50,489 bases of DNA, taken from IMG/VR virus record IMGVR_UViG_3300036781_000222, positions 1-50,489 of that record; one strand, written 5' to 3'. Below the pieces are notes generated by a model. That model worked only from the letters and a program-made list of their open reading frames with translations, did no database searches and was not told the DNA's origin. Shown here in pieces: positions 35,139-43,208 of the stretch; the first letter of the stretch is position 1, and the number at the start of each line of letters is the position of its first letter. Source of the DNA: a virus (Duplodnaviria > Caudoviricetes). A program made the translations under genes and the position numbers.

Positions 35139-37769
35139 TCAATTTATCCTCCATTTCTGGACATGGTTGAGTAACCGGATATTGCAGGCCGAAGTGAGCG
35201 CGCCTGTCCGGCACATGATCTCAAACCCCAATTCAGTCGCTGTCACAGGCGCATTGCTGGTTGCCTGATAGGTGAAGACGGTGCCGCTGTTGATATCGGT
35301 CACCGTCACATTCCAGTTCAGCGTGCCGATCAGGTTTTGCAGATCGAGCTTAATTCCGGCATCAACGCCCCTGGCCAATCCGGTATCGACCCGCGTGCAT
35401 GTGCCCGATCCATCGTTATGCATGATCCACCAGTTGCCAGAGCTAAGATCGGCCGCATCGAAGCCGACACCGATGCAATTGGTTTGTGCAGATGGGTCAC
35501 CGCCTAGAAGTGCTGCTGTCGAGACGAGTCCGAAGAATGCTTGGTGGCCTGTCGTATTGGTGCCGAGTGCGCCAATGGAACTTGACCAGGCGCCGCCCTG
35601 GCCAGCTACGCTGGAAACGTAAATATTACGTGTCGTGGTGAACCAGCCAGAAGCAGATCCGGCCGATGCTGCCGTTGCCCAATTGGTTCTAATCTGCCGC
35701 GTGGTGACGCTGGTGGATGTAGACCCAACTGTGGTTGACGTGGCGTTTGTTCCCGCCAAGCCAAAAGTGCTGGGCGCTGTTGATCCTGTGGTCGGCGAAA
35801 CCTGGGCCATGCGGATATAGGCGTCAGCGATATAAGCGCCTCCAAATCCGCTGAAGGTGAGCACACCGTTGTCGTTGAAGAGAGCGCTTTGCGTGGAGGG
35901 GTCTGACGTTTCCAGGAATGGAATGACGAGATTGCCGGGAACATCGCTCGCGTTTGAACTGAGGGATAAAATGATATCCCCAGCCGACCCGGTGTTGGCC
36001 GATCCTGATTGGAGCAGAATATGGCCGCCATTGCCTGATCCAGAGCTTGCCCCCGCGAGAAATTCCTGAGAGCCTCCGTCACCGTTCGACGCGTTGCCGC
36101 CGGCAAATTGGAATGATCCGGCATCAGCCACTCCGTAACTCTGTCCCGAACCGATGAAGATGTTGCCCCCGAAGCTAGTCCCATCGGAACCATCGTCAAA
36201 GCCGTAGCCAGCGAACATTGTCAAGCTAGTACCAAGTTCTGAGAGAGATTGAGCATCTGCTCCCCAGAAATTGCTTATAACTGTCGTTGTCGTGGCTACG
36301 CCGAGTTGTAATGTGTAATTTCCGCTGCCGTCGTTGACGAATGTCAGCCCGGCATCACCGCCGAACGCGCCGCCATCATTGAACTGCACCTGCGTATCCG
36401 AGCCGCCAGGAGAACCGCCACCACCGCCCGCTGGCGTGGCCCAGGTCGCATCCTCGCGCAGAAACTTGGTCGTGCCGGACGTAGCGCCCGGATCAGGCAC
36501 AAGGCCCTTGGCATGCGAGGCGCCGCTGGCGACAAACGGGCTGAGCATCGCTGTCGCTTGCGACGCGGTGAGGTCACTGGCATTGGCCGTGCCAGCCGTG
36601 TTGTTGCCCTTGATCGTGCCGGCCGCCATCTGTGCGGCCCTGGCGTTGGTCACGGCATTGTTGGCGATGGTGGCGCCAAAGCTGCCAGTTCCCGAGCCGG
36701 TCACGTCGCCTGTCAGCGTGATGGTCTGATCGCCGGTATTCGTGCCGGCGAGGTTGAGCATGGTTTTGGCCTGGGCAACGGTTAGATCCGCCGCATTGGC
36801 CGTACCGCCCGTGCTGTTCCCCTTGAACGTCAGCGTTGGCATCTGCGCCAACATCGCATTGGTGACGCCATTGGTCGCAACCGAGAACTGCCGCCCCGAC
36901 AGCGTCAGGCCAGCGCCGGCCGTATAGGTGCCAGCGCCCGCTATCAGCGTCCAGGTGACGGCGGTGACGCCGAGCGTGCCGCCGGGATCGCTCGTACAGG
37001 CGAACAGGCAATCGGCGTAAGTCGTGCCTTCCTCGATATAGATCAGTGCGCCCGCGAGCTTGTCCCAGGTGTCAGCGTCCGGCGTCCTGGTCCACGCACC
37101 AGCGCCAGTCAGATAGATGCCATTGGTTGCCGGCAGCGTTTGCGCTTGGACGAGAATCCGCGAGCCAGACGGGACCGAGACGCCATCGATCGTCTGATTG
37201 CCGAGCAACGTGACATTGGAGATGGTGGCGACCAGCGCTGAGTTCTTCGGCGACAGGCCCTGTGCGATGAGATCGACATAGTTCTTGGTCGCGGCCTGCA
37301 GACTGGTGGTCGGATCAGCCGCCAGCGTCAACGCGCCAGTCAGCGTACCACCAGAGAGCGGAAGCGCATCCGTAATGCCATAGCCAGCAAGCGTGGTCGG
37401 CGTGCCGGTCAGAGAAGAGAATGCCGGAGTCACGGTCACGTTTGCCGCCAGCGTGAGCTGGCCCTGTGCATTGACGGTAAAGGTTGCCACCTGGGTGGCC
37501 GATCCATAGCCGCCGGCGCTCACGGCGGTGTTGGCGAGGGCGATCGTGCGGTCAGCGGCCAGGCTACCGCCGCCAGTCAGGCCCGTGCCCGTTGAGATCA
37601 GGCGGGTGACAGGCGGGTAAAGTGCACTGGTCTGAGCAAGCAGGCTGGCGCCGCTCATCTTAGCATTGCCAAACGTACCACCGCCCAAGTCCTGGCTAAC
37701 GCGCAGGAGATCACCTGCGCCAAGCGTGGTCGCTGTTACCGGCTCGGCGGATGTCTTGAGATCGGTCAC
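35139..37769 (-). CDS. Second fibre-like virion protein (tail or head fibre)
   Basis: GTGLTGGG, GTPTTLAGYGITDA, LSGGTLTGALTL..DP....AATKNYVD, PGGSDTQVQFNDGGAFGG fibre motifs. Confidence 0.85.
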   Translation of the reverse strand: MTDLKTSAEPVTATTLGAGDLLRVSQDLGGGTFGNAKMSGASLLAQTSALYPPVTRLISTGTGLTGGGSLAADRTIALANTAVSAGGYGSATQVATFTVNAQGQLTLAANVTVTPAFSSLTGTPTTLAGYGITDALPLSGGTLTGALTLAADPTTSLQAATKNYVDLIAQGLSPKNSALVATISNVTLLGNQTIDGVSVPSGSRILVQAQTLPATNGIYLTGAGAWTRTPDADTWDKLAGALIYIEEGTTYADCLFACTSDPGGTLGVTAVTWTLIAGAGTYTAGAGLTLSGRQFSVATNGVTNAMLAQMPTLTFKGNSTGGTANAADLTVAQAKTMLNLAGTNTGDQTITLTGDVTGSGTGSFGATIANNAVTNARAAQMAAGTIKGNNTAGTANASDLTASQATAMLSPFVASGASHAKGLVPDPGATSGTTKFLREDATWATPAGGGGGSPGGSDTQVQFNDGGAFGGDAGLTFVNDGSGNYTLQLGVATTTTVISNFWGADAQSLSELGTSLTMFAGYGFDDGSDGTSFGGNIFIGSGQSYGVADAGSFQFAGGNASNGDGGSQEFLAGASSGSGNGGHILLQSGSANTGSAGDIILSLSSNASDVPGNLVIPFLETSDPSTQSALFNDNGVLTFSGFGGAYIADAYIRMAQVSPTTGSTAPSTFGLAGTNATSTTVGSTSTSVTTRQIRTNWATAASAGSASGWFTTTRNIYVSSVAGQGGAWSSSIGALGTNTTGHQAFFGLVSTAALLGGDPSAQTNCIGVGFDAADLSSGNWWIMHNDGSGTCTRVDTGLARGVDAGIKLDLQNLIGTLNWNVTVTDINSGTVFTYQATSNAPVTATELGFEIMCRTGALTSACNIRLLNHVQKWRIN

Positions 37770-37948
37770 TCGCGCAACTCCAGTCCGCCGTCTTCACGCA
37801 ATTCCAGTCCGCCATCTTCACGCAGCTCGTCATTGCCGCCAGGCGGCACAATGCTGCCGTAACGGTGCGCATGCCCCGAGAACCGAAAGGAGAAATTGGG
37901 ATCGAGCCGCGTGTGCCGGCGGCTAGACAGCAGCGGCCGACGATCCAT
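37766..37948 (-). CDS. Small protein with ELREDGG repeats
   Basis: C-terminus ELREDGGLELREDGGLELRE; GTGA overlap with the fibre gene; start uncertain. Confidence 0.6.
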   Translation of the reverse strand: MDRRPLLSSRRHTRLDPNFSFRFSGHAHRYGSIVPPGGNDELREDGGLELREDGGLELRE

Positions 37949-38594
37949 CTTGGGCCTCGTCGGGTACGGCTGCGAGGATCGCCCGCGCGGCCTGGAAGCG
38001 TCGCTCGAAGGACGCGATCTGGGCGTCAAGGTCAGACTTGCGCTGGTCGAGGTCGGTCTGCATCGTCGCCAGTTCGGCGCGTGTCTCGGCAAGCTGGGCC
38101 TGGGCTACGGCTGTGTCGCTGGTCAATTTCGCCTCCCTGGCCGACAAGGCGTTATCACGAACGGTGGCAGCCTGCTCGCGGTCCTGGACGGCGGTGGTGC
38201 GGAGGTCGAGGGCGGCGTTGCGCGCGGCGAGCGCACCAGCCTCTGCCACAAGCTTGGCATCGTTGTCGGTTGCCGTCTTGCTGAGTACTGCAAGCTGGTC
38301 CTTGAGCGCTGCGTCACTTGCCGCGCGCTCCTCAGCCAACTTCCGACTCTCGGCCAAACTCGCTTCCAAGTCCTGCTTGGCGGTGAGGATCTCAGTGAGC
38401 ACGGCCCGCGTATCCTGGATCGATCCAGCCATGGCCACGAGCGCCCAGAAGTCACCCATGCGGCCCAGGGCCTGATGGCCACGGGTTTCGGCAAGCAAGC
38501 GCCGATCCTCGGGGGTTTGCGGAAGCGGCGCTCCGCCGGCTCCGCCCACCGCAGTAACCTCAACTAGCTTTCCTGCCGGGTTGTCCGCCATCAC
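37923..38594 (-). CDS. Coiled-coil protein
   Basis: Long Ala-rich heptad pattern; GAGGA SD. Confidence 0.75.
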   Translation of the reverse strand: MMADNPAGKLVEVTAVGGAGGAPLPQTPEDRRLLAETRGHQALGRMGDFWALVAMAGSIQDTRAVLTEILTAKQDLEASLAESRKLAEERAASDAALKDQLAVLSKTATDNDAKLVAEAGALAARNAALDLRTTAVQDREQAATVRDNALSAREAKLTSDTAVAQAQLAETRAELATMQTDLDQRKSDLDAQIASFERRFQAARAILAAVPDEAQDGSSAAAV

Positions 38595-38598
38595 ATCC

Positions 38599-38946
38599 TC
38601 ACGAGAAAAAGCTGATTGTGACCACGCAGGTGGTCGCTGAGATGAGGCTCAAGGCCGTGACCTTGGAGACAATGCGCTGAGTGGGGTTAAGCTCACTCGT
38701 TCCCGAGCCATCCGTGACGCTGGAGCCAGGCACTGCCGCGGTCTGATCGTATCCCACGTAGAAATCCGCCGTGCCCTCGAACAGTGCCATCATCGGCACG
38801 ATCACCGCGCTGTTGACGCCGGTATCGGTCGGGATGTTGAAATGCTGCTCGGTGTTCGCCGCCAGCACGATCTGGCAGATCTTGCCGGTCGGTCGGAGCG
38901 CGAACGTTCCATCCCCCAGCACCTCGCGGCGTGCCATCGTTCCCAT
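38599..38946 (-). CDS. Hypothetical virion-region protein
   Basis: TGATG overlap with terS; LAANTEQ...P....DFYV.....A.VP......G..SELNP. Confidence 0.75.
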   Translation of the reverse strand: MGTMARREVLGDGTFALRPTGKICQIVLAANTEQHFNIPTDTGVNSAVIVPMMALFEGTADFYVGYDQTAAVPGSSVTDGSGTSELNPTQRIVSKVTALSLISATTCVVTISFFS

Positions 38947-39518
38947 CAGGCGATCTCCTCGGGCGTGATCCCCTGCGACAGCAGGAAAGCCACGCGGCGC
39001 GCGACCTCATCGGGGGATTTTGGGGTGGCTGGTTCGTCGTCGGCTACGCCAGGCAGCGTCGTTCCAGTGACCTGCAACTTGTCGCCATAGCGCTTCGGAG
39101 CAAGCTTTGAGAGAACCCACTTGCGGGTATCGACCCTGAGCCTGGAGCGGGCAAAGTGCTCGCCATTGAACTTGTAACCAGGGTTGTCGGGATGGTTATT
39201 CTCAATCCAGTCATTGCTGCCATCGTCAGCAATTTCAAGGAGTTCGTCGGCCATTTGCTCAAGGCCAATGTCTCTGGCCTCGGCGTATTGCTGGCGGAAA
39301 CCGTGCCTAACTTGCAACCAGCGGAACACGGTTTTGAAGTCCGGCGCCCAATCCTCGCGGCAGATTGCCCGCAGACTTTGGCCATCGGCCAGCCTGGAGC
39401 AGATCTCGTCCGCCGTATCCTGGTTGAACGACGACGGGCGTCCCTGCGGCCGTTTCACAGGAAACGGCGGGATTACATCAGGAATCGGCAGAGTCGCGGA
39501 TTGCTCCATGTGCCCCAT
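38946..39518 (-). CDS. terS: Terminase small subunit (Sf6 gp1-like)
   Basis: GRPSSF....ADEIC.RLADG.SLR.IC.....P...TV.RW....F..QY..AR....ADE..EIAD...SRLRVDTRKW.LSKL.PKRYGD. Confidence 0.93.
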   Translation of the reverse strand: MGHMEQSATLPIPDVIPPFPVKRPQGRPSSFNQDTADEICSRLADGQSLRAICREDWAPDFKTVFRWLQVRHGFRQQYAEARDIGLEQMADELLEIADDGSNDWIENNHPDNPGYKFNGEHFARSRLRVDTRKWVLSKLAPKRYGDKLQVTGTTLPGVADDEPATPKSPDEVARRVAFLLSQGITPEEIA

Positions 39519-39558
39519 CGTCGTGGAGTTTCAACAGGTTAGCTGCGTGTGGATCTGG

Positions 39559-39601
39559 GCGGCGTGAGCGGGCGGAGCGGCGTGAGTGAACGCGGCGTGA
39601 G
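39559..39601. repeat. Three copies of GCGGCGTGAG upstream of terS
   Basis: 39559-39568, 39577-39586, 39592-39601. Confidence 0.8.
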
Positions 39602-39688
39602 CGAGCTAAAGCGTTGGAATTGCTAGCTTTGCTGGGCTGGATTGGGGCGCGGACTGCACGGGAATGTGATCGAACTGCACTGCCTCGA

Positions 39689-39717
39689 ATAGTGCCATAG
39701 CGCACAATCGAAATCAA
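39689..39717 (-). promoter_or_regulatory. Candidate sigma70 promoter for the late operon
   Basis: TTGATT-17 bp-CACTAT on the minus strand. Confidence 0.35.
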
Positions 39718-39739
39718 CCCCTAGCGTTCCCTATCCTAC

Positions 39740-40077
39740 GTTTGTTGCAGTGCGGTAAGTGGCGTACGAGGTGTCCACGAGGTGTCCTTGCCACTAAAAC
39801 AGGTGTTTTTTAATTTAATTACAATGACTTGACCAATAGTGTCCATGTGTCCAGTCCAAGGAGGTATACAACACCCCCCTAAACACCCCCTAGAGGGATA
39901 ATATTAACACATTGTACAACACGGGGAAGGACAGTAGGACACTAATATACACTACACATACGAATATAATATTTTCAGTTAGTTAGTATAGATGGTAGCG
40001 CTAACAAAGCGGCCGAAACTAGCCTGGACACTACGTGGACGCTTGTGACACTAAGGGTAAAATGTTTGTTGCAGTGC
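39740..40077. other. Candidate replication origin with opposed iterons
   Basis: AT-rich and non-coding; GTGTCC x4 on the left, GGACAC-like x5 on the right; flanked by a 14-bp direct repeat; next to the primase gene. Confidence 0.6.
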
Positions 40078-40173
40078 AGCAAGAAAATGGTACGCAACAC
40101 CCTTGTGGGTGGGGTGGTTCCAGGCGCGGAGATCAAAAAAATCCCCGCCGAAGCGGGGATGGGGTGGGATGGG

Positions 40174-40383
40174 TTAGAAGTATCGCCATATCCTGGTCTC
40201 AATCTGATCTGGGCGAATGACCCTGGTTTTAAGTGTGATGCCAAGTTTCTTCTGCCAATAGATCAAGGTGGCTCTGTTTCCTCCCGTGAGGAGCGGCACA
40301 CGCATGCTGTCACCCGGCTTAAGCTGGATCAATGCATCTCCCCATGTCCCCTGAAACGGCTGCCCATTAACAATCAGCCACAT
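40174..40383 (-). CDS. Small putative DNA-binding protein
   Basis: GAGGAGG SD before ATG 40383; LKPGDS...TR......RIWR pattern. Confidence 0.7.
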   Translation of the reverse strand: MWLIVNGQPFQGTWGDALIQLKPGDSMRVPLLTGGNRATLIYWQKKLGITLKTRVIRPDQIETRIWRYF

Positions 40384-40418
40384 AGATGGCCTCCTCAAAA
40401 ATTCAAATTCCAATAAAA

Positions 40419-40447
40419 AACATATAACCTATGTTGGTTACCGTCAA
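40419..40447 (-). promoter_or_regulatory. sigma70 promoter with an operator-like inverted repeat in the spacer
   Basis: TTGACG-17 bp-TATGTT; TAACC-N6-GGTTA at 40425-40440. Confidence 0.6.
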
Positions 40448-40555
40448 TTATGATAGGATTCACGAGTCGGTTAGCTACCGGCTATCTGGCATGGGGGTGC
40501 CGGATCTTCCCCCTTGTGGGTCGGGCGCCCCCATGTCGCAAAAAGGGGGATCAAC

Positions 40556-42778
40556 TTGACCAATATTTCCGCATTACCCGTTTCAGCTACCCTCACCGCC
40601 GCCCGTGGCTATGCCGCCCGTGGGTGGTACACATTCCCGGTGCATGGCTGGGATGGCGAGAATTGCACCTGTGGCGATCCCGCCTGTGGCAACCCTGGCA
40701 AGCACCCAGCGACCCGGCACGGCCTGAAGGATGCGTGTCTCGATGGCGACCGCCTGGTGCAGATGTGGCGCCTGGGCTGGAACGTGGCGATCCGGACCGG
40801 TCCCGAGAGCGGCGTGTTCGTGGTCGATGTCGATGGCGCACCGGGGGCGATGGCCCTGGAAGAACTGGAGCGCCGCCACGGGAGCCTGCCAGCCACGCTG
40901 GAGGCGACGACAGCCAGGGGTCGGCATATCTTCTTTACCTACCCCGCCAAGGCTATCAAGACACGCGTGGCAGCCCTTGGCCAAGGCCTGGACGTGCGTG
41001 GCGCTGGTGGCTATGTGGTGGCAGCACCCAGCCTGCACGCCTCGGGCGCGGTCTATAGCTGGGCCAATGACCTGATCCCGGTAGACGCCCCGGACTGGCT
41101 GATCGATATGGCCGCGGCGGATTGGTCCAGGCCTGCACCGGCAGCGCGACCGCTCGGAACGTGGCAGCGCGAGGACGATAACGAGCGCTGGAGCAGCCAG
41201 GACGTGCGTGAGATGCTGACCGCGATCCCGGCCGACCTGATCTATGACGACTGGGTGCATATCGGCATGGCGCTGCACGAGGGCGGCTATCCCCTGGCGC
41301 TATGGGACGAATGGAGCCGGCGCGGTGAGAAGTACCGGCCGGGCGATTGCGTCAAGCGCTGGGGCGGCTTTAACGGCCGGGATGGGATCACCATGGGGAC
41401 GCTGGTGGATCAGGCCAGGCTTTATGGCTGGAAGCCACCACAGCGCGAGCCGATGCGGATCGAGGACCATCCGGCCCGCGTGTTCCTCGAGCGGGTCAAC
41501 GCGGCCTGGAAGGCGCGGACGGCAGCGGAAAAGGTCGAGGCGGTGACCACCGGCCGCGGGCTGGATGTCGGGGCAGTGGATGGCCTGATCGGAGAAACCG
41601 CGCAATGGATCGTCGATACCGCGATCAAGCCCCAGCCCGAGCTGGCGCTCCTGAACGTCCTGGCCGCCCTTGGCGCGGTCTATGGCCGGCGCTATGCCAG
41701 CCCGATCAACACCAGGACCAACATCTATATGGTGGGCGTCGCGGCGACCGGAAGCGGCAAGGACCACAGCCGGCGCCAGATCAAAAGCCTGATGGTCGCG
41801 GCCGGGATGGAGGACCTCCTGGGCGGCGATGGGGTGGTGAGTGCGGCCGGGATCGGGACCCTGCTTCAGAAGACCCCCAGCACCCTCCTGATGCTGGACG
41901 AGTTCGGGATGCTGCTGCAATCGATCTCCGATGAAAAAAGCGGAGCGCACCTGAAAGGGATCAGCAAGACCCTGACCGAACTCTATAGCAGCTCCAGCTC
42001 GGTCTATAAGGGCGGCCAATATGCCGACAGCAAGCGGGAATCGGTCGTCATCACCCAGCCTAACCTCTGTATCTATGGCACGACCACGGTCGGAGAGTAC
42101 ACCAAGGCGCTGAAGCGCCGGGCGATCGAGAGCGGCGAGCTGAACCGCTTTATCGTGGTGCCGACCAGCGAGGATTACCCGGATCCGCGCGAGACGATGG
42201 AAAGCATGGGCGTGCCAGACCGGCTGGTGGAGGCCTGGGCCAGCTTGCGGCCAAAGGTAAATGGGCTGCAAGGCAGCATGATCGTGCCGCAACCCACCGT
42301 GGTCTTGTGGGGCGATTGCAAAGACCGGATGTTCCAGATGCTCAAATACGAGCATGAGGAAATGAAAAAGGCCCAGCAATTCACCGGCTTATGGCACCGC
42401 TACCGGGAGAATTGCATCAAGATAGCGATGATCCTTGCCATCACCCGGGCGCCGATGGCCCCGCAGATCCGGCATGCCGACCTGGATTTCGCCGAAACCC
42501 TGGTGCAGCTCAATATCGAATTCATGCGGAACCTGGTCGGCGATTACGTCGCGGAAAGCCAGCACGAGGATAACAGCAATACGGTCATGAGGCTGATTAA
42601 GAAGGCCGGAGCCGAGGGTGTCAGAGGGCGCGACCTCAAGCGGGCGACGCGCTATCTGGACAAGAAGCAGTTTGAATCCGTCCTCGGCAGCCTGCTGGAC
42701 CAGGAACGGATCGTCGCAGAGGCAAGCCAGGGACGCGGCAGCCCAAGCATGGTCTACCGGGTGGCTCCCGATGAGTGA
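40556..42778 (+). CDS. Prim-Pol primase-polymerase with PriCT-2 and DUF3987-like helicase/ATPase domain
   Basis: YAARGW..FP...CTCG...C.NPGKHP...G..DA; TG..SGVFVVDVD; GRHIFF; LDVRG.GGYVVAAPS.H; YDDWVHIGMAL; ATGSGKD; LDEFG; TTG start after a GGGGGA SD. Confidence 0.92.
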   Translation: MTNISALPVSATLTAARGYAARGWYTFPVHGWDGENCTCGDPACGNPGKHPATRHGLKDACLDGDRLVQMWRLGWNVAIRTGPESGVFVVDVDGAPGAMALEELERRHGSLPATLEATTARGRHIFFTYPAKAIKTRVAALGQGLDVRGAGGYVVAAPSLHASGAVYSWANDLIPVDAPDWLIDMAAADWSRPAPAARPLGTWQREDDNERWSSQDVREMLTAIPADLIYDDWVHIGMALHEGGYPLALWDEWSRRGEKYRPGDCVKRWGGFNGRDGITMGTLVDQARLYGWKPPQREPMRIEDHPARVFLERVNAAWKARTAAEKVEAVTTGRGLDVGAVDGLIGETAQWIVDTAIKPQPELALLNVLAALGAVYGRRYASPINTRTNIYMVGVAATGSGKDHSRRQIKSLMVAAGMEDLLGGDGVVSAAGIGTLLQKTPSTLLMLDEFGMLLQSISDEKSGAHLKGISKTLTELYSSSSSVYKGGQYADSKRESVVITQPNLCIYGTTTVGEYTKALKRRAIESGELNRFIVVPTSEDYPDPRETMESMGVPDRLVEAWASLRPKVNGLQGSMIVPQPTVVLWGDCKDRMFQMLKYEHEEMKKAQQFTGLWHRYRENCIKIAMILAITRAPMAPQIRHADLDFAETLVQLNIEFMRNLVGDYVAESQHEDNSNTVMRLIKKAGAEGVRGRDLKRATRYLDKKQFESVLGSLLDQERIVAEASQGRGSPSMVYRVAPDE

Positions 42779-43208
42779 AACCGCCCTGCAGATCGAGGTC
42801 GCCGCTTGGCTGCGGGTCTGGGTGCTGTCGCCCGCTGACGGCGGCCCCTGGTGGACAGCGGTCAATCCGGTGCCGTCGAAGTCGCGCGCCGCAGCTGGCC
42901 TCAGCAAAGCCATGGGGATGAAAGCCGGCGTTCATGACATCATTTGGGGATGGCGCGGGCGCTTCGGGGGGATCGAGCTGAAGACTGAGGTGGGGGCGCT
43001 CAATGGGGCGCAGCGCACACTTCATGAAGAATTCACACTGGCCGGCGGCGTCTCGATCGTCTGCCGGTCGCTGGAAGAGGTCCAGGCCTATGCCGCTGTC
43101 CTGGGCTGGCCCGTGCGAAGCGCGGAGGAACGAGAGGCGCAGTTAGCTACCTTGCGCCTCAGCCGAAATCGTATGCCACGACTTCAGAATACTTCCCGTT
43201 CTTTTTGA
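42771..43208 (+). CDS. VRR-NUC family nuclease (probable resolvase)
   Basis: MSE..LQ..V...K.MGMKAGV.DI......GIELKT..G.L...Q.......G.....CRSLEE. Confidence 0.85.
   Translation: MSETALQIEVAAWLRVWVLSPADGGPWWTAVNPVPSKSRAAAGLSKAMGMKAGVHDIIWGWRGRFGGIELKTEVGALNGAQRTLHEEFTLAGGVSIVCRSLEEVQAYAAVLGWPVRSAEEREAQLATLRLSRNRMPRLQNTSRSF

Noticed and set aside
37769-37827. 21-nt tandem repeat as a regulatory element
   Set aside because: It encodes the ELREDGG peptide repeats
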